Assembly: GCF_009914755.1 (NCBI RefSeq)
Contig: NC_060925.1
Length of the DNA: 64,000 bases
Reading direction: 5' to 3' (one strand)
From: the human T2T-CHM13v2.0 reference genome, Homo sapiens
Numbering within the stretch: position 1 is the stretch's first letter; every line of letters starts with the position of its first letter. The translations under genes and the position numbers were made by a program. The notes below the pieces were generated by a model, which did no database searches, was not told the origin of the DNA, and was given only the letters and a program-made list of their open reading frames with translations. This document shows positions 45,746 through 59,038 of this stretch, piece after piece.

Positions 45746-46944
45746 TAACTATTTCCCGAAGACATAAAAACAAATCTCTTACACAATCCTGGGCCAGATA
45801 CTTTAAACAGTTATTTAGAAGAAAGCAGATAATATCTGCTTGCAGGCAGGGATAGTTAATTTATTTTTTTCTCATTAAAAAACAAAACAAAACCTGCCAA
45901 TACAATTTCAAAGCCATATGATATTATAGGCCTCTTCAAGAAAAAAAAACAGATAAGCAGACATTAGCTCATCTATGCTTACAAATAGTCTACTCCCCTT
46001 TCAGGCAACCCTATGCAGGTTAATCAGAAACAAAACCATAAATCTTAATTGTAACATATGTCCTGTCATCTGACAATGTATTTTCAAGTTTGTACAGGTA
46101 TGACCCTATGCCATAATGAACGAATGAACTAGAAAGATCAAAGTTATTTGATCTGGTTCTGTGATTTATAATTTCCAAATCAACATGAAGAGAAAATAGC
46201 AGGCATCAAACATCCATCTATGCTTCTACCAGGTCATACACTGTAATTCTATCCAAGTACAAGTTTCCATGGTAAACAGGGCAAGACTTGCCAATACTTC
46301 ACAGGTTTCCAAAAAGCAGCTATGTCCCTCTTGGGAGAACTTTGTAACTGGAAAAGAAAATCTTTATGGATGAAATCTCCAGCAAAATAAAGTCACAGAC
46401 TGTATTTCTGCAGTAGGCCTTTTGCCAAATGTCTCATCAACAAGTATGGCTCTGGCAGTGACCCGTCCTACTATAGAGGTGGTAAAATGCTCCCGCCAAA
46501 CCTTGTTTTCATTTGCTCACAACTTCCTAGAAAAAAAAAATCTTACTTTGAGTTGAAATTTTTCATGTTTTATCCTAGTCCAAAGGTGACTTAAAAAAAT
46601 TTTTTTTGGAAAGTTGAATTAAATTCAAGTGAAATTTGTAAAGTTTATTCATTTGGGTAGCTATGTGTACACAAAGATCTCACTGGGTAACACCAAAAAA
46701 TTACATTTTCCTTTTCCTTGTGACTGTTGGAAGACTAACTCCTTTTGGCTGTTCTTTTAGAAAGGATTTAATCCTGTTAGGGTCAGGAAATCAACTATTT
46801 TTTCAATTTTTTTCAAACAGATTTTTGCCTATAAAGAATTAATAAAGTAAGACTTCATATATAAATGTACCAGTAGGTTTTTTGAAAAAAATTAAAATGC
46901 CTTTATGTATTTGATATAAAAAATTTTAAAAATAACATGTTTAA

Positions 46945-47760
46945 TTCAATTAAATCTAAGAAATCTACTAAGTACCAGGCACTAAGTGAGTGGTCAGTGT
47001 TTGGGGTATGTATAGCTGAAAAGGCAGTTCCTATTGTCAAGGAATGTATTATTTGGCAGTGGAGATAAGAGCGACACAAAAGCCAATAATATGAGGCAGA
47101 ATATAATACATGGTAAAGCAGAAGTATAAGCAAGGTGACATGGGACTGCCAAAGTGGAAGAAATTAATGTTGACTTGAGGATAGGAATAGTGTTTTCTGG
47201 GTTTTGAAGGATTGAGGTGGGCAAAAATCAGTGAGTTAGGAAGAACATTTCAGATTAGAGACTAGTGTGAGCACAGCCATAGAGGTTGGAAGTGGGACTA
47301 GTCAAGGTGGCTGGAGTGTTGGATATTAGAGACGAAGGAATAGGAAAGAAAGTGGAAAATGTAGGCTCAGGGATTCTCAATGGTGTGCTCTTAGTGTTTC
47401 AGGTGGATGGTTCTTTGTCATCTCAGGAGTGTGTATTTCTGGTCCCAACCTTCTAAAAGTCAGTGGTGCTCCCTTGCCATGGGGGAAAACTGGAAAGAAT
47501 CCTACCTCAACATTTTAAAACACCTCCTGGGGGAGGCAGTGTCACCCTGTAGAAAACGAATGAGAGGCTTTGGACACCAAGTGTTGGGACAAGTTCTAAG
47601 TGGTTCTGACCAGAGCAAGTAAATAATCAGACTTGCGAGTCACAACAATCATTTTGGAGACTGAATCAGAGGAGGGAAAAATTGGGAAGCAGGATAATTA
47701 ATTCAATTCAGTCTATTGCAGTTGCCTAGGCAAGAGTTGGTGTGGACTTGAACTAAACAA
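46945..47760 (-). mobile_element. L2 relic with a nested MER20/MER5-like hAT MITE (about 47368-47560)
   Basis: L2 motifs CTACTAAGTACCAGGCACT and GAAGGATTGAGG; MITE ends CAGGGATTCTCAA and CACCCTGTAGAAAAC. Confidence 0.6.
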
Positions 47761-49865
47761 TTTCATCACTTTCATGCCTGAAAATATTAATAGATTTTTT
47801 TTTTAGCTATTCCTCTTGCCTCTGAAACTCCATAGTGCTGCATTGCAGAACTCTTTGTGCTGTAGCTGCTTTCCTTTTTTTTTCTCTCCCCAAATTAATA
47901 TCATATGGTAAATTCAGTATTACAAAAACAAGATTTTTAGAGGGTGATCATAACACCCTTTCTACAACACATTTTCTAATTATAGAATAAACACATGGGG
48001 GATGGAAAGCCCTATTTAAAAAACAAGACAAAAAGAAAGCTGTTTCTCTGTTTCCTTTTAGATCGTGTTTGGATTATTTCACTTCTTGAATATCTTCTTT
48101 GCCTTTTTTTAAAAGAAAGCTCTGTTGACAGTCGATTGAATGATTTTTAAATCCCAGATGTCAGTGTAGTGGAAACTCAAAGTGGATAGGCAGATGGAAT
48201 CTGTCAGAAGCACCACTAGTGGCCAAAACAGAAGACGGTGCCCAAGGCAAGGGAGGCAAGGAGATAGTACCATGACTCTGATGAGTGCAGGAAGCCCACG
48301 AGACTGGTGGTGGAGGCCAAGGGCCACCCTGACATAGCACCAGTCTGCATGCATCAAAAGGGTGTCCTGACTCAACACAGCAGCTGTGATCGCATCTTGT
48401 AATGTGTCCTCTCCCAACTGCTGAAATATTGCTGCCTTCTGGTTTTCCGAAGAAGCGTTGGAAGGGACTGTACTGACAGAAGATAAACCACAGATATGTT
48501 ATGCTTAGATCTTCCCTTAAAAAGTCTTCAGGGAACTTTCAGGTGGTTTTTCATTTGAAGCAAAATGAGGCTTCGGCACTTTAAGCAGCTGAAAATTTGT
48601 ACCACATTTGTGCAGTGGCCCAAGGACTTGAGATCACGAGTTCGAATCTGATCCTTTTCATTAGCAAGACTCTTATTCTCCAAACCTCATCCTCTGGCCA
48701 GGTTCTCATTGAGGGTTTCCAAAACTGGCTTTAGTCTCCACCCAGATTTTCTGGGGCTATATTCCCATCAGGTTTCCTTGTGAAAAATTGTTAATTTTGC
48801 TCCTCACTGAGAAATATACTGAAAAATGATAATAATGTTTTTAATTTCTTTGGTATTTTATATGTTATTAATAATTTTTGTAAACATTGGCTCATTAAAT
48901 CTCCTGAATCTCAGAGAGTTTAAGGGATTTACCTAAGGTCACGGAATAGAAAATCCAGAACTCAGCTTCAAGTCTTCTGACTCCAATTCCATGCTATTAT
49001 CTCTAAAGTTGGCTATTTGATGACCAGCGCTTTCATCCCCTGAATTGGTGATGAAGAGGGCCAGAGACTTCTTAGTAGTAAGCCCTCCTGGTTCTGACTT
49101 AGGGTCTGCTGCTTTGCATAATGAGGGTCAGTTTTATTGGTAGTTTCCAGCAGTCTTTTAGAAATTGCTACTGATAGCACAAGGTTTTAAGGATCATAGC
49201 CCTCAATGACGGGGTGCCAGTGCCCCCATCTCCTGGTGACTATTACTCTCTATATTATTGCATCCACTGATCTTTGCAGCATTTTCTGCTGGCTGTGGTA
49301 ACTCCCAGTTACTCCTGTCAACAGCTCTTGAAAGATCCTCTGGATCCTTCTAGTGTCTGGCTTCCTGGAATGACTCCCTTGCAGGGAGATGGCTTAGCAG
49401 CACAATCTCAGCACCACCTCTAAGGGCAGATCATGGTTCTCATGCTTTCCAGCTCTTGTTGGAACTTCTTCAAATTGGTCCCCAAAGTGACTTGGGAAAG
49501 CAAGACCAAGTAACTTGCTTGGTTACTAAGGACCAGTAACTTCATACTGCTAGTTTCTTGGGTTCTTTTGAACGCGGAGACAGATTTGGGTCCACTGAAT
49601 ATCTGCTGGTTCAGCATGAGTGCCTTTATTCTTCTCTCAGAAGTTATGTGTGGAGCCCATACAATTTCTATCTACAGGCTTACTCTTTCCCTTTTATGCA
49701 TTCATGTTAGGCGAGTCTCTGAAGCTGCCCTAAGTATCTCCAGATTCTCAAGATCTCATGATTTTCTAAAAGTGACCCCCCCCCCCCATAACCGATTAAC
49801 AATAATAGCAATAAGGTAAGTTTTATTTAGGGTTTGTCGCATGTCAAGACCTGTTATAAATGCTT

Positions 49866-50783
49866 TCTTTTTTGAGTAATGACTTCTTTTCCTCTGGGTA
49901 GATACCCAGTAGTGGGATTGCTGGATCAAATGGTAGTTCTACTTTTAGTTCTTTAAGGAATCTCCACACTGTTTTCCATAGCATCTATACTAGTTTTCAT
50001 TACCACCAGCAGTGTAGAAGTGTACCCTGATCACCACATCCATGCCAACATCTACTGTTTTTGATTTTTCAATTATGGCCATTCTTTCAGGGGTAAGATG
50101 GTATCACATTGTGGTTTTGATTTGCATTTCCCTGATCATTAGTGAGGTTGAGCATTTTTTCATATGTTTGTTGGCCATTTGTATAATCTTCTTTTGAGAA
50201 TTGTCTACTTGCACACACATATTTATGGCAGCACAATTCACAATTGCAAAGTCGTGGAACCAACCCAAACGTCCATCGATCAATGAGTGGATAAAGAAAG
50301 TGTGATATATATATATATATATCCATATATGTTTTCATATATATATATCCATATATGTGATATATATATCCATATATGTATCCATATATGTATTCCATAT
50401 AGATATATATGTACATAAACATATATATATGATGGAACACTATGCAGCCATAAAAATGAATGAATTAACAGTATTTACAATGACCTGGATGAGATTGGAG
50501 ACTACTATTCTAAGTAAGTAACTCAGCAATGGAAAACCAAACATTGTATGTTCTCACTGATACGTAGGATCTAAGCTATGAAGATGCAAAGGCATAAGAA
50601 TGATACAATGGACTTTGGGGACTTGGGGAGAAGAGTGGGAGGGGGAAAGGGATAAAAGACTACAAATAGAGTGCAGCGTGTAGTGCCTGGGTGATGGGTG
50701 CACCAAAATCTCACAAATCACCACTGAAGAACTTACTCACGTAACCAAATACCACCTGTACCCCAATAACTTATGGAAAAAAA
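49866..50783 (+). mobile_element. L1PB1-like 3' end with 5' inversion
   Basis: 49866-50206 is antisense and 50207-50783 is sense, ending CCCCAATAACTTATGGAAAAAAAA. TSD ATA(A/C)ATGCTT at 49856 and 50784. Internal (TA)n at about 50304-50430. Confidence 0.88.
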
Positions 50784-51139
50784 ATACATGCTTCTATTAA
50801 CTTTAAAATTCCTTGTTACATAAGCAGAACATGTATGGAAAAGAATCCTCATAACACACCCCTGAGGAAAAAGAATCTTACAAAGTTAAGAAAAACTTGC
50901 CTGAGAGGTAATGAATGCGAGATATGCCTTCTGGTAGTTTCTAAATTCCAGAAGTTCCTAGTGAATCTATATAACACTAGAAATTTGAATGCATCCTTTA
51001 TCCTCCTTGCAGAATGCCACATTTTCCCTGAAGGCAGACTTCTTAAGATTCATGTGGTCTGGACAGAACTAAGACTTCTGTGGTAGACGTTTCTTTCTTA
51101 CCCAACAGACATTCCTTATTCTTGCTAACATCCCTGATT

Positions 51140-51600
51140 TTGTTCTGATGGCAGTGTGCTCCTGAGCCGCAAGGGATTGGGTCCTCATTGACCTCACTTA
51201 ACCATAGCAATCCCATTCTCCTTGGATGCATGTTTGGTCTAGGGGCAGGCATGTGACCCAGTTTTGGATGAGTTGGGGGATCTTTGGAAAGTTTCTAGAC
51301 AAGACAGTTCTCTCTGAGTGAAGATAGAACCACATGAAGGAAAGCCCTTTTTTCTTCATGCTTTCCTTCCTGCTTTGGATAGTGTTGAATGAGGAGCTAA
51401 TATCTTGAGCCCTGGAAGGTTGTGGCAATGAGATGACAAGCTAGAGGGCAGTAATTAATATCCTTCAGATAGAAAAGTGGCATAATAAAAAAAAATCTGG
51501 GTCTTAATGACATCAAGCCCCCAAGTTAATCCCATGACCACTTCTGGATTTCCCTTGAGGTCAATAATAAATGTGCTTATACTACTCAAAATGTGAATAG
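51140..51600 (+). mobile_element. Old ERVL/MaLR LTR (LTR16/LTR33/MLT1-like)
   Basis: GCAATCCCATTCTCCTTG...GGCATGTGACCCAGTTTTGG...CTTCTGGATTTCC...AATAAATG. Confidence 0.6.
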
Positions 51601-52319
51601 TACATGCCAGTTTACAAACTGTTACTGCTTCATGAAGAGATGAGAACATAATTTGATAATAAGAATTTAGATACTATTATTACAATTTGGCATTGTTACA
51701 AAAGTCAAGCCAGTAACAGGTAGATTTGTCTCATTGAATAGGGTATTGACCAGTGCAAGACAAATTAGAAATTAAAATAACAATAATAACTAGACCTTCA
51801 CCATAGATAGTTTAGTTTAATTTTTTCTTACTTTCAGCTAACAGTATATATTTTTAATGTACAGACCTCTTAAGAAGAGAAGATTATGTACAAATGCTTG
51901 ATATACTCTTAAATTTGAACAGCTTTATTATTTCAAATAGTAGAAACCTAAACACTGTAGGCCTTCTGCTTTAGAGGCTATATTAATAAATGACCTAAAG
52001 TGTGTCTTTTCATTTGACTGATTCTTCTGTGATTGTCACACTTGGAGGGAAAACCAAGCCACTTGAGGAAAGCAGGCTGGCACAGAGTAGTCCCTTATTA
52101 AGTAAAGCAGAAGTGTGGGGTTGGCAACATTCAGCTTAGTGCTGTCTCACAGGGTCCTTCAGTGGTCCCTTCCACCTCTCTAGCCTGATATTCCTCCTCT
52201 CCTCTCCCCTCTTCTTGTTTTTGATCTCAATGTGATTCTGATTAATCTTTAACGGGGTTTTAGCAAACAAGTTCCCATAAAGCCTCTTAAGATTTTGGGG
52301 CTTTAGGAAAAAACACTAT

Positions 52320-52625
52320 TCTCTATAAGTCTCAGTTTTCTTGTTTGTAAAATGGGGATAATGTGATACTCATTACATAAAAAATAATAACAGCAGCAAT
52401 AATAATAATAATACCTAACATTTATTGCATGCTTCCTGTGTACTTAGTACAATTTTAAGCCCTTTATAAGCATTACCACACTTAACCCTCTTAATTTTTT
52501 GATGTATATACTACAATTTTATGTCCCTTATATAAATGAGGACTATGACCCCTGGTTACATAGCTGGTAAAACAGCCATGGTTTGAACCCTGATTTGACC
52601 ACTACAGTGCTTCCATTTGACCATT
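52320..52625. mobile_element. Two MIR fragments in opposite orientation
   Basis: CTCAGTTTTCTTGTTTGTAAAATGGGGATAAT (+); TAACATTTATTG...ACATAGCTGGTAA...GGTTTGAACCC (-). Confidence 0.7.
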
Positions 52626-53134
52626 ATGCTGCAGCTCCTTGTATAAATGTAAGGAATTATCAAAATTATATGATGAAAAGAATGGGAGCAAAAATGGCTT
52701 ATTCAACTATTTTGTCTGGAATGAACCACCCATTTATATCATCATATATTAACATGATTACATGTGTGGTAATGAGCTATTTCACAGCACTCCCAAAAAT
52801 CAACCCAAACATTCTGGCTAGTTTCCTGTTCAGGAGTTTCCAAAAAGTAAACTCAATTATTGTGTTGAAATTAGTAGATTAGAAAATATGAATAGTTTGG
52901 AGTGTATTGCCAACTGGAACAACCCTTGATCACTGAGCAGCCAGAGGTGGTGGGAAGATCTGCTTCATTTCATGGTAAAAAGCCTATTTGATGGAAGGCA
53001 AGGCTGAGTCCAGGAAACATATGAGACCAGGAATCAGAGGAGCTGGTGTTCAGGGTTGGCTCTTTTACCACCTAGTCAAGTGACACTGGACAAGTCACTT
53101 AACCCTTCCAAGTGTCAGCTTTCTTTTTGGTGAC

Positions 53135-55487
53135 TCTGTTCTCACACTATTATAAAGTTCTCACACTATTCTCTCACTATTATAAAGAAGTCTGTTCTCA
53201 CACTACTATAAAGACATATCGAAGACTAGATAATTTATAAAGAAAAGAGGTTTAATTGGCTCATGGTTCTACAAGCTGTACAGGAAGCATGGCCGAGGAG
53301 GCCTCAGGACACACAATTATGGTAAAAGGGGAAGGGGAAACACATCTTACATGGCTCAAGCAGGAGGAACAGAGAGAACGGAGAGGTGCCACACACTTAA
53401 CCAGATCTCGCGAGAAAAGCAGGGGAAAATCCACCCCATTGATTCAATCACCTCCCACCAGGCTCCACATCCAACATTGAGGATTACAATTCAACATGAG
53501 ATTTGGGTGGGAACACAGAGCTGAACCATATCATTCTGCTTCTATCCCCTCCCAAATCTCATTTTTTCTCACATTTTAAAGTACAATAATTTCTTCTCAA
53601 CCGTCTCCCAAAATCTTAACTCATTGCGGCATTAACTCAAAAGTCCAAAGTCCAAAGTCCCATTGAGACAAGGCTAGTCCCTTCCACCTATGAGCCTGTA
53701 AAATTAAAAAACAGTTAGTTATTTCAAAATTACAATGGGAGTACAAACATTGGGTAAATATTCCCATTCTAAGAGGGAGAAATTGGCCATAAGAAAGGGG
53801 ATACAGGCCCCATGCAGCCTTGAAACCTAGCTGGGCAGTCATTAAATCTTAAAGCTCCAAAATAATCTCCTTTGACTCAATGTCTCACATCCAGGCCACA
53901 GTAGTACAAGAGGTGGTGTTCCAAGGCTTTGAGAAGCTCTGCCCCTGTGGCTCTGCAAGGATTAGCCCCCACAGCTGCTCTCAAGAGCTGGTATTGAGTG
54001 CCTGAGGCATTCCAGGTCCACAGTGCAAGCTGTTGGTGTGTTTATCATTCTGGGGTCTGGAGAATGGTTGCTCTCTTTTCATAGTTTTGCTAGGCAGTGC
54101 CCCAGTGGGGACTCTCTGTGGGGGCTCCAACCCCACATTTCCCCTCTGCACTGCCCTAGTAGAGGTTCTCTGTGAGGGCTCTGCCTCTGCAGCAGACTTC
54201 TGCCTGGACATCTAGGCTTTACTGTACATCTTCTGAAATCTAGATGGAGGTTTCCAGGACTTAACTGTTGCACTCTGTCCAGCTTAACACCATGTGGAAG
54301 CTGCCAACCCTTATGGCTTGCACCCTGTGAAGCAGCAACCTGAGTATCTGGGCCCCTTTGAGCCAAGACAGGAGCTAGAGCAGATGGAATGCAGGGAGTG
54401 TTTTCCTAAGGTTGTACAGGGCAGTGGGAGCTGTTCTTCTCTCTAGGCCTCAAAGACTGTGATGGGGGCTGCCTCAAAGTTTCTAAATGCATTAGAGGCC
54501 TTTTCCCCATTGTTTTTGCTATTAACATTTGGTTCCTCTTATGCAAATTTCTCCAACCTGCTTGAATTCCTCCCCAGAAAATGGGTTTTTCTTTTCTAAC
54601 TCATGGATAGGCTGCAAATTTTCCAAACGTTTATTCTCTGTTTTTCTTTGAAATTTAAGTTCCGGTTTTGCTCAAGAATATGAGCATAGGCTGCTAGAAG
54701 CAGCCAGGCCACATCTTGAACTCTTTGCTACTCAGAAATTTCTTCTTCCAGATACCCTAAATAATCACTCTCAAGTTCAGAGTTTCACAGATCCCTAGGG
54801 CAGGGGCACAATGCTGCCAGTCTGTTTGCTAAAGCATAGCAAGAGTGACCTTTACTTCAGTTCCTAACAAGTTTCTCATTTCCATCTGAGACCTTCTCAG
54901 CCCGGACTTCACTGTCCATATCACCATCAGCATTTTGGTCACAACCATTCAACAAGTCTCTAGAAAGTTCCAAACTTTCCCTCATCTTCTTGTCTTTTTC
55001 TGAGCCCTCCAAACTGTTCCAACCTTTGCCCATTACCCAGTTCCACAAGCACTTCCAAATTTTCTGGTATCTTTATAGCAATGCCCCATGCCTGGGTACC
55101 AATTTTCTGTATTAGTTTATTCTCACACTGTTATAAAGAAATACCTGAGACTGGTAATTTATTAAAAAAAGAGGTTTAATTGGCTCAAAGTTCTGTAGGC
55201 TGTACAGAAAGCATGGGTGGGGAGGCTTCAGGAAGCTTACAATCGTGGTGGAAAGTGAAGAGGAAGCAGGCATTTCTTACATGGCTGGAGCAGGAGGAAG
55301 AGATAGAGTGGGGAGGTGCCACACACTGTTAAACAAAAATATCTCATAAGAACTCTATCACGAGAACAGCACCAAAGGAGGAAATCTACACCCATGATCC
55401 AATCACCTCCCACCAGGCCTCATCTCCAACATTGGGGATTACAATCAACATGAGATTTGGGTAGGGACACAGAGCCAAAGCATTTCA
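53135..55487 (-). mobile_element. Complete MSTA MaLR element: LTR 53135-53533, internal 53534-55107, LTR 55108-55487
   Basis: Two homologous LTRs (AAGAGGTTTAATTGGCTC...CACCTCCCACCAGG...TGAGATTTGGGT) flank MST/THE1-int sequence. Flanks GTGAC/GTGAG are a probable 5-bp TSD within a MIR. Confidence 0.92.
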
Positions 55488-56159
55488 GTGAGGCTTAGAT
55501 GAAGATAGCAGAGGTATACATTGCTTATAGACTGTAAAACACTGTGAACATAATTTTGGTTAATTTATATTTATATTTACATTAGTGCCTGTATCTATAA
55601 ATATATATTTGTATTAGCAATCTTGACACTGTGGTATATTTGGACAATGTAGCAAATAATTCCACTGTCTCAGAGATAGGCTCTCTGGGTTCCAGTCTTA
55701 CTCTAGCTCCAGCCTGCTGTGGCAATGTTTTCTTCCATGAAAACAGAGGAATGTGTGTGGTGTGGAGGCAGGGCTTCTAAATGGTCTCAAGGATGCTGTG
55801 CCATTTGATCATAAAAAATACTGAGATACTGCACTTTCTTCAGATATTAATGAGCAGATGTTGCTAATCTCACATTTCCACAAGCTAAAGCACATTTTCA
55901 AAGCATACCAGAGCTCTGCTCTTCTGACACATGAAAAGGAGACTGCACAGCCATTGGTCAAAATGGTAGCACTTGGATACAGCTCAGGTGTTATCTGTCA
56001 GGGCAAGGAGCTTGTGCACATGTTTAAAAGAGTGCCCACACACCTTACTGGAGTGCACACTGCATGAACAGTGTTGTGAAAGGATTTTCAAATTCCAACA
56101 TGTGACTAGGGTTAGCAGTATCAACCCTGCTCAGAATATCAGAGCTACAAAGGTATGTG

Positions 56160-56270
56160 TAGAGAATGAGGAAACTGAGATTCAGAGAGGATACAAAAAT
56201 TGCCTGAGCCTGCACAGATAATTGGCAGTAAGCAGAACAGGAACCCAGCTCTGATTCTCAAGCTGGCTCT
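56160..56270 (-). mobile_element. MIR fragment
   Basis: AATGAGGAAACTGAGATTCAGAGAGG. Confidence 0.7.
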
Positions 56271-57109
56271 TTCTGTTGTCCTGTATGGCCTTATTTACAA
56301 AGATAATGTTATTAAAATTATCCTGAAGAATTGCTCAAACAAATCATCACAAAATACCTAAATAACACAAAACCTCTGAATTACTCAGATGACTTATGTA
56401 TTTTCCACACATCTCATGTGAGACATGCAAATAGTTTAGCAATTTTTTAAACTAATATATAGCATGCATACATAATTCAGTGCATTCCCTGACTTATTTC
56501 TGGGAGATACATATTACTACAAATATAATGTTGTTATATCAAGCTAATGAAACTTTGTATTTGAAGATTACTCTTTTTGATCTTCTATTTCATAGGCATC
56601 TGAGGCAGGTCTCTCTTTGAAAGAAGTCTTATTTTGTGTGGAGCACAATGTAAGCACTTATCCTAGATCAATCAAAGGAAATACATAGTGGTGAAAAACA
56701 ATTACAAGGGGAATGGCATACTAGATATATAGCAAGACCTGAGGCTCATGGTGGACTATTAGCAAAATATGAGTTTACAATGGCTTGGTGTAAAAGCAAA
56801 TGATATATTTGGACATTTCAAATGGAGTAATCTGTATTATAGCCAAAAATATAGTAACTTCCCCATTATTCTCAGTGTTTGTCAGTCCTTTAATTTAGCA
56901 TTGAGTCTACTTTTGTACTTCTTTTCAAGTAAATTGGATAAATGGCAAAGGAAGAGTGGAAAAGAGGACAGTTAATAAGCATGAAGAAGAAAACATTTCA
57001 ATCATGTAATAGATTATTATAAAAGATATTAGTTGCTAGAACAGGACGGACGGTCAGATGAGATATCAAAAAAGTGTCTAATTACAATATTCACTGAGAG
57101 TTAAATGAC

Positions 57110-57305
57110 AAATAGTATCCATTTACTGGATACTTATGACATGTCAGGCATAATGCTAAGTGCTGTTCATGAATGATCTCATTTAATTCTTACAAAACTC
57201 TATATGGTCAGTACTATTATTGTCTGTCTTCAATAGATAGGGAAACTGAGGTTGAAAGATGTTCAATAACCTCTCTAAGATCACAGAGCTAGAATGCAGA
57301 TGGAA
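57110..57305 (-). mobile_element. MIR
   Basis: ATCTCATTTAATTCTTACAA...GGAAACTGAGG...AAGATCACAGAGCTAG. Confidence 0.78.
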
Positions 57306-57741
57306 AGATACTGTTGGCCACCCACCCAACAGCTATTTCTTCCTTTTTTTATGCAATGAGAACCCCAATGTTTTTCATCATGGGAGGCAGGAGAAGGCAC
57401 ACAGTCCCTCCCCAGCTACAGGGGGTGACCTTTAGTTGGTCTAATTCAATTATGGTGATGTCCTTTCCTTTGCCAAGTAGTTGGCTCAAGCATGAGAATG
57501 AAACATAATTTTGTCTAACGAGACATGGGAAATTCACTGTGGAGCTCCTGGAGAGCTTATTCATGTTCTTAGACATTTTACCCTTTGTCTGCCTTTAGAT
57601 GCTGTGGTGTGAAGTTGGGGTGTGTGGTACTCTTGAAGGCATCAGGCTGAGGTGAAAGGAGAAAACCAAAGAACAAAGGTAACATTCTAAGGATGGCTGA
57701 ATGGACAGATGAAAAGACTGTGCTGCATTAACCAATCCTAA

Positions 57742-59038
57742 TGTGTCCGGAATTGGTGGGTTCTTGGTTTCACTGACTTCAAGAATGAAGCCGCGGACCC
57801 TCTCCGTCAGTGTTACAGTTCTTAAAGGCGGCGTGTCCGGAGTTTGTTCCTCCTGATGTTCAGATGTGTTCGGAGTTTCTTCCTTCTGGTGGGTTCGTGG
57901 TCTCGCTGGCTCAGGAGTGAAGCTGCAGACCTTCGCGGTGAGTGTTACAGCTCTTAAGGCAGCGCATCTGGAGTTGTTCCTTCCTCCCGGTGGGCTCATG
58001 GTCTCGCTGGCTTCAGGAGTGAAGCTGCAAACCTTCGCGGTGAGTGTTATAGCTCATAAAAGCAGTGTGGACCCAAAGAGTGAGCAGTAGCAAGATTTAT
58101 TGCAAAGAGTGAAAGAACAAAGCTTCCACAATGTGGAAGGGGACCGGAGCAGGTTGCCACTGCTGTCTGGGGCAGCCTGCTTTTATTCTCTTTTCTGGCC
58201 CCACCCACATCCTGCTAATTGGTAGAGCCGAGTGGTCTGTTTTGACAGGGTGCTGATTGGTGCGTTTACAATCCCTGAGCTAGACACAGGGTGCTGATCG
58301 GTGTGTTTACAAACCTTGAGCTAGATACAGAGTGCCAATTGGTGTATTTACAATCCCTGAGCTAGACATAAAGGTTCTCCACGTCCCCATCAGACTCAGA
58401 AGCCCAGCTGGCTTCGCCCAGTGGATCCCGCACCGATGGAGCTGCCTGCCAGTCCTGTGCTGTGCGCCTGCACTCCTCAGCCCTTGGGTGGTTGATGGGA
58501 CTGGGCGCCGTGGAGCAGGGGGCGGCGCTCGTCGAGGAGGCTGCGGAGCACAGGAGCTCACGAAGGGGGTGGGAGGCTCAGGCATGGCGGGCTGCAGGTT
58601 CGGAGCCCTGCCCCGCGGGAAGGCAGCTAAGGCCCGGCGAGAAATCGAGCGCAGCGCCGGTTGGCTGGCACTGCTGGGGGAGGAACCCAGTACACCCTCC
58701 GCAGCCGCTGGCCCGGGTGCTAAGCCCCTCACTGCCTGGGGCCGGCAGGGCCGGCCGGCTGCTCCGAGTGCTGGGCCCGCCAAGCCCACGCCCACCCGGA
58801 ACTCCAGCTGGCCCGCAAGCGCCACGCGCAGCCCCGGTTCCCGCTGGCGCCTCTCACTCCACACCTCCCTGCAAGCTGAGGGAGTCGGCTCCCGCCTTAG
58901 CCAGCCCAGAAAGGGGCTCCCACAGTGCAGCAGTGGGCTGAAGGGCTCCTCAAGTGCCGCCAAAGTGGGAGCCCAGGCAGAGGAGGCGCCAAGAACCAGC
59001 GAGGGCTGTGAGGACTGCCAGCACGCTGTCACCTCTCA
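57742..59038 (-). mobile_element. Solo LTR12 (LTR12C-like, ERV9) with 4-bp TSD
   Basis: Ends TGTGTCCGGAATTGGTGGG and CACGCTGTCACCTCTCA. TSD CTAA at 57738-57741 and 59039-59042. Confidence 0.95.
58170..59000 (-). promoter_or_regulatory. LTR12 U3 promoter/enhancer: about 41-bp CCAAT-box repeats and a CpG-rich segment
   Basis: Three GCT/CC-ATTGG-type ...TTTACAA..TGAGCTAGA units at 58248-58373; AATAAA/TATA-like element near 58181-58186; high CpG content at 58430-58900. Confidence 0.65.

Noticed and set aside
48207-48226. CTCF-like CCACTAGTGG palindrome
   Set aside because: The 3' half fits the CTCF consensus poorly.
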